Origin: Thermodesulfobacteriota bacterium
Lineage (GTDB): Bacteria; Desulfobacterota; BSN033; UBA1163
Length of the DNA: 64,000 nucleotides
Reading direction: 5' to 3'
NCBI GenBank assembly: GCA_049684675.1
Contig: JBAVGF010000028.1
Span: 341-64,340, forward strand
Positions within the stretch are counted from its first letter, which is position 1. Each line of letters opens with the position of its first letter. The position numbers and the translations under genes are program-made. The notes beneath the pieces were generated by a model. The model worked only from the letters and a program-made list of their open reading frames with translations, was not told the DNA's origin and searched no databases. Shown one piece after another: positions 26,920 through 36,423 of this stretch.

Positions 26920-28131
26920 TTAAGGCTTCTCGATCAAAATGTAAAGATCGCCTTCATGTCGCAGATGCCCCGCGGTCAACTCGGCGTAGGGACCGCTTCC
27001 CCAGAAGATATCCGCCCTTCCAGCCCCCTTGATTGCCCCACCGGTATCCTGGTTTACAACAAAACGGGAGAATGTGGTCCAGCCGATGATCTCCCCCTGA
27101 TCGTTGATAGAGGGCTTCTGGCATACAATGAACCCGAGTGCCCCCTTGGGAAAAATCCTTGAATCTAAAGCAATCGATCTTCCCGGGGTCAGGAGCACAC
27201 CGATACTGCCCAAGGGACCGTTCTCGACCTGCCGGAAGAACACGTAAGAGAGGTTGTAATTCAGAACCTCCTCGAGGACCTCCGGGTTCTCGGTCAAGTA
27301 CTTCCTGATGGCTTGCATGGACATCCCTTCGCGCGTGAGAAACCCCTTATCGATCATGTACCGCCCGATGCTCCGGAAAGGTCGGCCATTGGAGGCCTGG
27401 TAGTTAACCAGGAGTTCCTTTCCGTCGGGGAACCTGAGCCTGCCCGATCCCTGGATGTGGAGAAAAGTCACATCCAGGCGGTCTTTTAGCCACGCCAACT
27501 CAAGCCCCTTCCCTGCCAGCACCCTTTCGGCATCGATCTGGTGCCTGGAGTAGTAAGGCAGGACCTTTTTGCCTTCGATTCTCGCGATGATGTTCTCCCC
27601 CTTAAATTTCTCACCGAAGGGAGACAGGTCGATTCTTATCAGATCGCCGGGCGGACGGTACAGCGGATACTTGAAGACCTCGTCAGGAGCCAGGCTCCCT
27701 TCATAAATAGGCTCATAATACCCTGTGAAAAGGATCCGCCTTTCTCCAACCCGACCCGTGGCTCGGTAAATCCGAAACTTCCTCTTGATCTCCCTGCTCA
27801 GGTCATCCGGGTCAAGCCCTTTTGCCAGGAGATCCAGGAAAGCCTCCTGGCTCTCACGCACCTGCCTGCTTGTAAAATCGTCGGGTCCGTAATGAAATAC
27901 TGTCTCAGGGCCGAGGCGATCCAGGTACTCCATGCTCCTTCTAACGGCCAGGGTCAGGGAGTCAAGATCCATGTCATCGCGAAACACCGGAGAAAAGAGG
28001 CGGATCTGTCTGAGAGCCTCCTCTGGCCGCTGCGCCTCTTTTTTCAGTACAGGGTAGCAGCCTGCACCCATCATCGTAGTTAGAAGGACGACGGCGATGA
28101 AGAAAACGTTTCTAACCCTTTTGATCGTCAC
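26920..28131 (-). CDS. mltA: Membrane-bound lytic murein transglycosylase A
   Basis: 403 aa with a signal/anchor sequence. MltA-specific domain followed by a C-terminal 3D domain (DTGGAIKGAGRADIFWG). Confidence 0.85.
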   Translation of the reverse strand: MTIKRVRNVFFIAVVLLTTMMGAGCYPVLKKEAQRPEEALRQIRLFSPVFRDDMDLDSLTLAVRRSMEYLDRLGPETVFHYGPDDFTSRQVRESQEAFLDLLAKGLDPDDLSREIKRKFRIYRATGRVGERRILFTGYYEPIYEGSLAPDEVFKYPLYRPPGDLIRIDLSPFGEKFKGENIIARIEGKKVLPYYSRHQIDAERVLAGKGLELAWLKDRLDVTFLHIQGSGRLRFPDGKELLVNYQASNGRPFRSIGRYMIDKGFLTREGMSMQAIRKYLTENPEVLEEVLNYNLSYVFFRQVENGPLGSIGVLLTPGRSIALDSRIFPKGALGFIVCQKPSINDQGEIIGWTTFSRFVVNQDTGGAIKGAGRADIFWGSGPYAELTAGHLRHEGDLYILIEKP

Positions 28132-28167
28132 CGAGAATCCTGCCTTTTCCCCTCACCTTTTACCAGG

Positions 28168-28311
28168 CTACATTTTTAATTTTTTTTCCAGCTCCTGAAC
28201 CAGCTTCTCGATCTCTTTCCGCTCCTCCGGGTTCAACTTGTCCTCTGCCAGACGTTTCTTTAAGGCAAGCAGTTGCTGCTGGTAACGATATTCCTCACAG
28301 GATGAAGCCAT
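28168..28311 (-). CDS. Possible small coiled-coil protein (47 aa, MASSCEEYRYQQQLLALKKRLAEDKLNPEERKEIEKLVQELEKKLKM)
   Basis: An unlisted ORF that fills the amidase-mltA gap on the same strand. AGGAG abuts the ATG, which is poor spacing. There is no comparative support. Confidence 0.25.
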   Translation of the reverse strand: MASSCEEYRYQQQLLALKKRLAEDKLNPEERKEIEKLVQELEKKLKM

Positions 28312-28408
28312 CTCCTGAACCCTTATAGTAGACAGGATATAAACGCCGTATTCCGAAATCTCAAATTTCCAAATTATCCTTCATCCACAGCTTAACCCGA
28401 CAGCCGTC

Positions 28409-29842
28409 TCAGGCTGATACGGGTGGACGGCGGCCGGCCCATGGCCGGGCAGACTCAAGCTGTGCTGCCAGACGAAAAAGGGTTGCTTCGTCCCCAAACC
28501 GCCCCACAAAGTGGACGCCTACAGGAAGTCCTTGAGCATTCCAGTACAGGGGAACCGACATGGCCGGCTGGCCGGTGACATTGCAGATCGGCGTGAAGGG
28601 AACGAAAGCCTCCGCTCGCCGGAGGCCGTGCAGAGGGTTCTCAGGAGGCGAATCGAAAGTTCCCAGAGGGACGGGAGGCTCGGCGAGTGTGGGGGTGAGC
28701 AAGACATCATACTTGAGGAAAAATCGGGCAATGTCTCGGGCCACCCTCTGAAGGAGAGTCAGGGAAAGCAAATAGGACGATGCGCTCTGCTGGCGTCCCA
28801 TCTCATACAGAGCCCAGGTGAGCGGTTCGAACTTATCCTGGATAAGAGCCTGCTTCGTTGCAAGTCCCAGGCCTTCCATTGTCCAGGCACATCCCGCTGA
28901 AAACAACACCATGAATGCCCGGCCCACCAACTCCCCATTTATCTCCGGGGCCGCCTCCACCACCTTATGCCCCAGGTCGGTACAGAGTGCAGCTGCATCC
29001 TGCACCGCGCTGATGCAATCCGGGTGCACCTTCACATTTGTGGGTGTTGTGACAGTAAAAGCGACACGCAGCTTGCCTGGGTCAGCTCCCACTTCTTGAA
29101 GGAACGGACGTGCCGGGGGTGGCGCCCAGTAAGGATCGCCCACGTCAGGACCTGCCGTCGCATCGAGAAGGGCTGCACTGTCCCGAACGGAGCGGGTGAC
29201 TGCGTGATCGATAACCAATCCGCTAAAAATATCGCCCAGATCCGGCCCAAAGGGATTGCGCGCCCGGGTAGGCTTGAGACCGAAGAGACCGCAGCACGAG
29301 GCCGGGATGCGGATCGACCCGCCGGCATCATTGGCATGAGCCATCGGAACGAGACGGGCAGCCACCGCCGCTGCTGACCCCCCGCTTGAGCCGCCAGGAG
29401 TCCGATGAATGTCCCAGGGGTTATGGCTGGGGCCGAACAAACGGGGCTCGGTGGTCGGAAGGATACCCAGCTCTGGTGTGTTTGTCTTCCCGACGATGAT
29501 TAAACCGGCCCGTCTCAGCCGGGTTACCAATTCACTTTCATGATCCGGTACAAAGTTACGAAGAAAGGCTGTGCCCATAGTCATTCGCACCCCGGCATAA
29601 GGGGCTCCGAGGTCTTTCAGCAGAAAAGGCACGCCCGCGAAAGGACCATCGGGCAATTTGCCGGCGGCTGCTTCGCGAGCCTGTTCATACATTGGCGTCA
29701 CCACCGCGTTGAGAGCAGGGTTCAGGCGCTCAATCCGCTCAATCGCAGCCTCTAAGAGCTCAATCGCCTTGACCTGCTTCTGTCGCACTAACGCGGCGAG
29801 GGCAGTTGCATCGAGGGAGGTGAATTCATCCGCTTTCGCCAT
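28409..29842 (-). CDS. Amidase-signature family amidase
   Basis: [12 protein letters not shown] plus the Ser-cisSer-Lys context (KDL...GGS). 477 aa. Confidence 0.9.
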   Translation of the reverse strand: MAKADEFTSLDATALAALVRQKQVKAIELLEAAIERIERLNPALNAVVTPMYEQAREAAAGKLPDGPFAGVPFLLKDLGAPYAGVRMTMGTAFLRNFVPDHESELVTRLRRAGLIIVGKTNTPELGILPTTEPRLFGPSHNPWDIHRTPGGSSGGSAAAVAARLVPMAHANDAGGSIRIPASCCGLFGLKPTRARNPFGPDLGDIFSGLVIDHAVTRSVRDSAALLDATAGPDVGDPYWAPPPARPFLQEVGADPGKLRVAFTVTTPTNVKVHPDCISAVQDAAALCTDLGHKVVEAAPEINGELVGRAFMVLFSAGCAWTMEGLGLATKQALIQDKFEPLTWALYEMGRQQSASSYLLSLTLLQRVARDIARFFLKYDVLLTPTLAEPPVPLGTFDSPPENPLHGLRRAEAFVPFTPICNVTGQPAMSVPLYWNAQGLPVGVHFVGRFGDEATLFRLAAQLESARPWAGRRPPVSA

Positions 29843-29961
29843 AAATATTCCTCCTTTTCATGAAGGGGGCAGATCAAACGAAAAAACGTTCTCTTTTTTA
29901 GGATAGAAGGAAGAAAGATGTTTTGCAAGAAGAAAATCTGAATCTTGACGTAGAGGGCCGA

Positions 29962-30333
29962 CTAAAAGATCTCTCCCATTCTTTCTTTTATAAAATTGTG
30001 GACCTCCGAAAAAATCTCAAAACCCGGCCGATCGCTGGTTTCAATAATCTCTGCACCCATCAGGTAATCTCCCTCTAACTCATCTTGGAGACAATACTTG
30101 ATCTTCCCCACAAACGGAATCTCCTTTGTAATGGATTTTGGCGCGGAGATTAAGCACTCAATGGATGAATCAACCGACAATCCGTATGAACTTTTCATCC
30201 GGATACCCTTTGGACTAAAATCAAGGAGTTCCATTGGTACAAATTCACCGGAAGCCTTCCTCACTTTCAAGAGGATATACTTCCGGTATATTTCCGGTAC
30301 AACGTGTCTTTCTTCCTCTCGCCTCTCTAACAT
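29962..30333 (-). CDS. PilZ domain protein (123 aa), paralog of 22188-22559
   Basis: RREEER (RxxxR) and DFSPKGI (D-x-S-x-x-G). Same length and collinear with ORF 22188. Confidence 0.8.
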   Translation of the reverse strand: MLERREEERHVVPEIYRKYILLKVRKASGEFVPMELLDFSPKGIRMKSSYGLSVDSSIECLISAPKSITKEIPFVGKIKYCLQDELEGDYLMGAEIIETSDRPGFEIFSEVHNFIKERMGEIF

Positions 30334-30528
30334 TTATCAACCTGCCTTCTGTAAAAAAAGGACTGAAAAACGGTAGCGTCTCAAAAAGCGCATGCGCTCC
30401 GGCTGTTAAGACCGCTCACGATGATGTCTCTGAAGACAGTTATATTATTCCGGCACCTCGGAGAGCATGGAAGTGGCCCGCCCCTTCGGGCTTCAGAAAG
30501 AGGGAGCGGGCGCACCATAGCAGATAAA

Positions 30529-31845
30529 TTATTTCTTATACTTCTCGATCATCCAGGGCGGTATCTTAATGGGGACCATACCCTTGTATGTGACTTCAGG
30601 TGACTCCGGGGTCATCTTCCACTTGTTGGGCCAGACACCCGCTATTTTCCCATCCTGCCATTGGGTAGCAAGACCGGTCAGGAACCCCGGTCCAAAGGTC
30701 AGGTCATGGAGGGGCCGGCCTTCGGCATTCTTCATATATTTTACCGTGCCGGAAGGAACCTTGTACACACGCTCCTCCAGGATGGATACAATCTTGTCAG
30801 AATCCAGACTTCCGGCCTGCTCAATGGTCGGTGCAAGCCCGTAGACAATAGCGGCGTAGGTATCCGCCGTGTAAGTAGGCACCTCGCCGAATTTTTTTAT
30901 ATAGCCATCAACAAATGGCTTTGTGAGTTCATTCTGTTCAACACTACGGGCATAGGTATTCGAGGTCATAACATAGTTGCCCATCCCCTGGGTTGCCTGC
31001 CAGAACCCCTCCTTCTGGGCCTCCACATTGATGCCGACCTGTACGGCTGGGATCTTGAGTTCGCCCGCCTGTCTGGCAAACGGAATCCCCACCGAGGAGG
31101 AAAAGATCATATAAATGATATGGGCCTCTGAACGCTGGATAGCGGACAGTTCGGCTGTGACATCCGTGGCCACCGGAGAGGGTCTCCAAACGCCTGCCAC
31201 CTCCATACCCATTTTCGGGATGGTTGCCTCGCCCGCTGGGACCATCGGATCCGCCCACATAGCCTTTTCTACGACGATAGCCACTTTTATTTTGGGTATG
31301 TTCAAGGATTGTTTCAATACGGCTGCGACGGTACCCAAATGGAAGAATGACGCTCTGACAAGGTTTGTGGAGTTGTAAGGGGTGCCCCGGAAAAAATATT
31401 TATAGGTGTTGTAATTCTTTCCCACCCGCTCGCAGAGCTCATTATGAGCAGCCCCACAGCCGATAAAGATCTTTTTGTGATCCATGGCAATGTCCTGCAT
31501 GGGCAGGACGGCCTCCGTCCGGAAACCGCCAACAACGAAATCCACCTTGTCCTGGGTCATCAAACGCTCCATGGCGTTGGTAGCATCGGTAACGTTGAGG
31601 AATTCGTTGGAATCTGCCTGAACAAGAGTGATCTTCATCTTTTTGTTGCCAACCTGTATGCCCCCTTTGGCGTTAATCTCGTCGGCGGCCATGGTCGCCC
31701 CGTTCCAATGGCCTATGCCCTGCATAAATTTCATCGGGCCGATCACGCCGATCTTAATCTCCTGCGCAAAAGCAACTGCCCAGGACGACACCATGAATAA
31801 GAAGACCATTACCAATACGAAAATTCCTTTGCTTAACCTGTTCAT
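30529..31845 (-). CDS. ABC transporter periplasmic substrate-binding protein (LivJ / branched-chain amino acid type)
   Basis: Start at MNRLSKGIFVLVMVFLFMVSSWAVAFA (signal peptide), with GGAGG 6 nt upstream. EIKIGVIGPM..G is typical of Peripla_BP_6. No permease or ATPase genes are adjacent. Confidence 0.82.
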   Translation of the reverse strand: MNRLSKGIFVLVMVFLFMVSSWAVAFAQEIKIGVIGPMKFMQGIGHWNGATMAADEINAKGGIQVGNKKMKITLVQADSNEFLNVTDATNAMERLMTQDKVDFVVGGFRTEAVLPMQDIAMDHKKIFIGCGAAHNELCERVGKNYNTYKYFFRGTPYNSTNLVRASFFHLGTVAAVLKQSLNIPKIKVAIVVEKAMWADPMVPAGEATIPKMGMEVAGVWRPSPVATDVTAELSAIQRSEAHIIYMIFSSSVGIPFARQAGELKIPAVQVGINVEAQKEGFWQATQGMGNYVMTSNTYARSVEQNELTKPFVDGYIKKFGEVPTYTADTYAAIVYGLAPTIEQAGSLDSDKIVSILEERVYKVPSGTVKYMKNAEGRPLHDLTFGPGFLTGLATQWQDGKIAGVWPNKWKMTPESPEVTYKGMVPIKIPPWMIEKYKK

Positions 31846-32463
31846 TTGACCCTCCTTTCTTTTTTCTACGGTATCCCCGCTATGGAAATACCGATCCTCG
31901 ACCCCCATTTATTCGCCATCCCCCCTTTCTTTTCTCTATTCCCCAGAATACTACACCCAAAATTGGGGATGCCGCCTGCGGCAAAGAACTCAACCCTCGG
32001 TAGAGAAACTCGCCTATGGCTGGTAGCTCAGTCCTCGGCTGGTAAACATAGCTTGAATTTACTGCCTTAAAGCGTTTGGTGTCGTCCGCGGGTAGCAGCG
32101 GGAACTAAAAACCTAATTCCTTATAGCACCTATGAGCGACTACTCTATCAGAAAAAGAACTCGCTGGCAAGGGTATAATATAGTAAGGATATCTTCCTGA
32201 GAACCCAGTCCGTCTGATCAAAAACCGACCCGAAAAGGGATAGACCTAACAACCTGTACTATTTTTGACCCAATTGGTCGGGATGTCAATAACTAATTTC
32301 CAATTTCGGGTTGTAGAGGGTAAAGAGGAGGTATTCCCACCTCTCTTTCGACAGTTGAATTTAGGCATTTGACGAAAGGAGTCTAACGTAGCATGATTCA
32401 AATAGTTCGATATCATCTTCGCCATCCTGACTAATGGATTTTCAAGGAGAGGATACCTATATC

Positions 32464-33348
32464 ATGAAACAGAAGGCGAACCCGCCAGCGGTGATCACAA
32501 AAGACTGTATTGGCTGCCAGCGATGCGTCGCGATCTGTCCGAGTTTTGTCCTGGAGATGGTTGAGGCCAAGGCCGCAGTGGTCAGGGGTGACTGGTGCAT
32601 CGGCTGCGAGCACTGTGGAGCGGTATGCCCGACAGCAGCCATTCTTCATGGTGGAAGCGTTTTGGATAGCCACCCGGGCCGAGTGGAGGCCCCCGCAACG
32701 TCTCCTGAGATTTTGGAGCTCCTCCTACGCGAGAGGCGCTCGGTCCGGCTCTACACCGGCGATCTTGTCCCGGAGGAGGTCTTGAATAAGGTCCTCGATG
32801 CGGGAAGATATGCGCCCACCGGGTCGAACAGTCAGAATGTCCACTATGTGGTGCTGACATCGCCTGATCGGATTGCCGAGTTACGAAAGAGGACGATAGC
32901 CTTTTACGATAAAATGTTTTCGCGAATTCGGGGACGGTTCGGTATGTTCATCGTCTCTCTCGTGGCGGGCCGAAAGATTGCAGAATACCTGCGCGAATCA
33001 CTCCCTAAGATGGAGTACGCAAACGAACTGATCAGGCAAGGCAAAGATCGCCTCTTCCATCATGCGCCCGTCGTGATCATCGCCCACGCCGAATCCTGGG
33101 ATAGAAGCTCGTCATTCAACTGCTCGGTGGCCCTCTACAACTGCTCCTTGATGGCCCATACCCTGGGGCTTGGCTGTTGTTTCAACGGCTTTCTGGTGAA
33201 CGCGGTAAACCATTCCTCTACGATCAAACGATGGCTGGGTATTCCGACGGACCATAAATGTTACTCGGCGATGACCCTCGGCTTTCCGGATGTGAAATAT
33301 TTGCGCCTTGTTCATCGCCATCCTCCCAAGATGGGTGAAATCGTGTAA
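32464..33348 (+). CDS. Ferredoxin (2x CxxCxxCxxxCP) fused to a nitroreductase-family domain
   Basis: CIGCQRCVAICP and CIGCEHCGAVCP, followed by RRSVRLY...APTGSNSQ, a nitroreductase motif. Start is set at MKQKANPP, with AAGGAGAGGA upstream. Confidence 0.8.
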   Translation: MKQKANPPAVITKDCIGCQRCVAICPSFVLEMVEAKAAVVRGDWCIGCEHCGAVCPTAAILHGGSVLDSHPGRVEAPATSPEILELLLRERRSVRLYTGDLVPEEVLNKVLDAGRYAPTGSNSQNVHYVVLTSPDRIAELRKRTIAFYDKMFSRIRGRFGMFIVSLVAGRKIAEYLRESLPKMEYANELIRQGKDRLFHHAPVVIIAHAESWDRSSSFNCSVALYNCSLMAHTLGLGCCFNGFLVNAVNHSSTIKRWLGIPTDHKCYSAMTLGFPDVKYLRLVHRHPPKMGEIV

Positions 33349-33413
33349 AGTGACCGGATCAGGCCTTTTGCGCCGGTCATGCTGACCTCGATTTCACGGA
33401 TAAATTTTCCATT

Positions 33414-36236
33414 TTAATTCGTGCAGATGTATCCATAGGCGCATCTGCCGCAATGGCTCTTCGGGTTGACCGTCGGCAGAAAAGGCTGATCGGGATTCAC
33501 GATTTCTCTCAGGAGACTGAAAATGACCTGGGTCAGATTCCCGAAATGCTTCTTGAACTGGGCTTCATCTTTGAAAAGCGGAACTTCAATATCGGAGTCG
33601 ATCCTTGTCCTTCCGAGCAGTAAGAACAGGCAATCGATGGTTTCCGGTTCTTCTCCTGTTAGATGAGAATAGGTGATAAGATAAAATGGGAGCTGAAGGG
33701 TGGTTATGACTTCGCTCCAGGAATCCCTGTTTTTGAGGTCGAGTTTATCGGTATGGATGGTGAGGTAATTTTTGTTGGCGGAAGTCTTATAATCGATAAT
33801 CGCTGTCCTCTCTCCCCTCTTCTCGACTCTGTCAAGCCGTGCCCCGAGTTTGAAGGAATCCTTTACGACATCGATCCTTTGCTCAAGACCAATGATTTTT
33901 GTTTGAAACTCCCTGAGCTTCGGCACCTGATAATTCTTTATGAAATCCCTCAAATGGTTCTCCACCTGGCTCCTGAGCAGATAGACCTCACCCGTCGGGT
34001 CTTTACCGTATTGCTCTTCAAAACGCATCCGGATGACCTTCTCGAATTCCTTGAGATTGATCTCCTTCTCCGTCAGGACAGACCCTTTCTTCCCCTTGAA
34101 GTAATCGCAAAGGACCAGGTGAACAAAGGATCCAATTTCCTCCTTCTCGAATTCCTCTGAAATGACCTCTCTTTCCCTCAGGCCGAGAACATATTCATAA
34201 TAGAACTGGAGGGGGCAATGGAGGTAGGTGTTTAATGAACTCGCGCTGAAAGAATATTCCTTCAAGAATCTTGCCATCTCCGCGGTCTTGTCGATGGGAC
34301 GGGGGTTTTTCTCTCTCAGGCTGACGGCGTACTGGATGGTCTTCACATACCTCTTATCATCTCTCTCCCTTTCTCGCTTCTGCCTCTCCCAGAGGAACCT
34401 CTCCATGAACCTGCTTCTCTCCTTCTGATCGTTTTCGACGTAAAAGAGATGGGATTGCTTGGCTCCTCTGACCAGCGTATCGAAGGTGTAGAACATGATT
34501 TCTTCCCGATCCAGGTAGGTGGGAAGTCCCAATATCTGCCTGGCCTTGAAGGGTAAAAAGGAATCCTCCCTCGTCGTATCGGGGAGGACGCCCTCGTTTA
34601 CGTCGAGAAAGAGGACGTTCTCAAATTTTAGATTCCTCGTCTCCAGAAATCCAAGAACCTGCACCCCTCTCAGAGGCGTTCCTGTAAAAGGAGTATAAGA
34701 GGTCACGATATATTTTTTAAAAAGGGTGAAGTAGCTTCCGACCTCCTGAAACCGGATGTCCTTCATCAGGGACCTGGAAAGGATGTCGAGCTGGGTGATG
34801 AAGGATTCCGAGTAAGGATAGAAAAAGGGATGGAGACGGGCCGTGCTGTTCTGATAAATGTATTCAACCACTTCTTTCATTTTCGTTGCAAAGTCCCCCA
34901 CATCCCTAAACGAAAGCACCTTCCCGATGGTCTGGGCATGGATCGCCTCCAGGTGCTCTCTCATCCTCTTCAGGATGATCCCGGGCTCGACTCTTAATAC
35001 CTTTTCTTTGATGGAATGGAGTACGGCCTCATCGTTCTCCAGCTCTGACAAGGATAAAAACTTCCTGGTTCGCTTCTCCGTAAGGGTCTCTTCGATGGCA
35101 TGGAAAAGAATCCTGGTGATATCTGCCCTTCCCTCAAAATAGATGTTCTTCGTGTAGGGGTGAAGGATGAACTCCAGGTAATAGGGGATATAAAGGCGAT
35201 CCCCATCCATGGTGGTCACCACTTCCATCAGGTTATTGAAAAAACCGAAGAGAGGAGTCCTCTGGAGAGGGTATCCGAGAGAGACGTTGTAATTGTCGGG
35301 ATCGAGGAGGCTCAGGGCCTGGTGGAAAAGGGGAAGCAAGGTTTCGGGGGAGGGAAGGACGATGACCGTGTTTCGGTCAATCCGTTCCTTCTGATCCATC
35401 TTTTTTTTCAGCAGGGTGCTCACACCGAGGACCTGGCCATGGGAATCCGGGCTCTTATAGCAGTGGATCTCGGGCTCAGCGGCAATGAATCCCCTTTGAG
35501 CCGTTATTCCCAGGTCGGATAGCTTCTTCTTCATCCCCTCTCCTTCCTGAAAAATGAAGAGGGTGTTTTCCCTCTTCATGAGGGATCTAAAAATCTTTTT
35601 CTCCGATTCCGTAAGGACAAAAAAGCCGGCAAGGATCACCCTTTCAAAACGACCGAGATTTAAACGGTCCATATTCTCCGAAACAGCCCGGTATCTCAAC
35701 GATCTCGTAGAAAAACGGCCTTCCTCTATCCTCTTGTAAAACGTTTCATAGAAATAGGAGAGAGATTGAAGCCTTCTTGCTGCGGGTTCGGGTATGTTCT
35801 CTCCGGCGATGCTGTCGATCTCTTTTACCTTTTTTGGAGGCACCCCTTCGATGTAAAGCTCTTCAAGGTCGTTATATAGCTTCATCCCGACAGGGAAGAA
35901 AGTGTCGGGAGTGAGAAAGCTCTTCCTCCCCAGGTGCTCGGGCGAGGCGGCATGGATGCTGTAGAGAATGGATATCGCATCGATGGCCTCGAGCTTTCTT
36001 CCTTCAAGCCTCAGGGATTCGTCATGGACATGTTCGATAAATTCATCCATGGACAGTATGACAGGCGGTATGAAGCTCGACTTCTCTCTATCTGCCAGGA
36101 CTCTCCTGAGAAAGTGCGAAGGCCTTTTACCAGGAAAGATCACGAGGCTCGAAGAATAGTCCTTTTCAATTGCGATCAGATGCTCCGCTACCTTCTCGAC
36201 CAAATTCTCCGATGACGAAATCAAAAGGACGTTCAT
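33414..36236 (-). CDS. addB: AddB/RexB-like helicase-nuclease subunit (PD-(D/E)XK nuclease with Fe-S cysteines)
   Basis: 940 aa. Degenerate Walker A (FPGKRPSH). C-terminal nuclease motif IIDYKTS. Cys set C(PLQFYYEY)...CGRCAYGYIC matches the AddB iron-staple pattern. Lies downstream of the AddA-like gene. Confidence 0.75.
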   Translation of the reverse strand: MNVLLISSSENLVEKVAEHLIAIEKDYSSSLVIFPGKRPSHFLRRVLADREKSSFIPPVILSMDEFIEHVHDESLRLEGRKLEAIDAISILYSIHAASPEHLGRKSFLTPDTFFPVGMKLYNDLEELYIEGVPPKKVKEIDSIAGENIPEPAARRLQSLSYFYETFYKRIEEGRFSTRSLRYRAVSENMDRLNLGRFERVILAGFFVLTESEKKIFRSLMKRENTLFIFQEGEGMKKKLSDLGITAQRGFIAAEPEIHCYKSPDSHGQVLGVSTLLKKKMDQKERIDRNTVIVLPSPETLLPLFHQALSLLDPDNYNVSLGYPLQRTPLFGFFNNLMEVVTTMDGDRLYIPYYLEFILHPYTKNIYFEGRADITRILFHAIEETLTEKRTRKFLSLSELENDEAVLHSIKEKVLRVEPGIILKRMREHLEAIHAQTIGKVLSFRDVGDFATKMKEVVEYIYQNSTARLHPFFYPYSESFITQLDILSRSLMKDIRFQEVGSYFTLFKKYIVTSYTPFTGTPLRGVQVLGFLETRNLKFENVLFLDVNEGVLPDTTREDSFLPFKARQILGLPTYLDREEIMFYTFDTLVRGAKQSHLFYVENDQKERSRFMERFLWERQKRERERDDKRYVKTIQYAVSLREKNPRPIDKTAEMARFLKEYSFSASSLNTYLHCPLQFYYEYVLGLREREVISEEFEKEEIGSFVHLVLCDYFKGKKGSVLTEKEINLKEFEKVIRMRFEEQYGKDPTGEVYLLRSQVENHLRDFIKNYQVPKLREFQTKIIGLEQRIDVVKDSFKLGARLDRVEKRGERTAIIDYKTSANKNYLTIHTDKLDLKNRDSWSEVITTLQLPFYLITYSHLTGEEPETIDCLFLLLGRTRIDSDIEVPLFKDEAQFKKHFGNLTQVIFSLLREIVNPDQPFLPTVNPKSHCGRCAYGYICTN

Positions 36237-36423
36237 TTAATTCACCACTTGCAAAAAAAACGTTCCAAGAGGTAGTTGGGTGTGTTGGACAACCTCTACA
36301 GCGGAACCTTCAAACGTTCCGCTACTCCGTTTCCAGACACACTCCAGAGGTAACCGTGGGTGACACGGCATGTTGCCCATAATTGTAAAAAACCGCTTGG
36401 TAAAGGTTGGGAAGCATACCCAA

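Noticed and set aside
32018-32052. tRNA-like string GGCTGGTAGCTCAGTCCTCGGCTGGTAAACATAGC in the 620-nt spacer upstream of the ferredoxin-nitroreductase gene
   Set aside because: Only the TAGCTCAG D-arm-like segment is present. There is no complementary GAGC, no T-arm (GTTCGA.TC) and no acceptor pairing. It is not a tRNA or a recognisable tRNA fragment.
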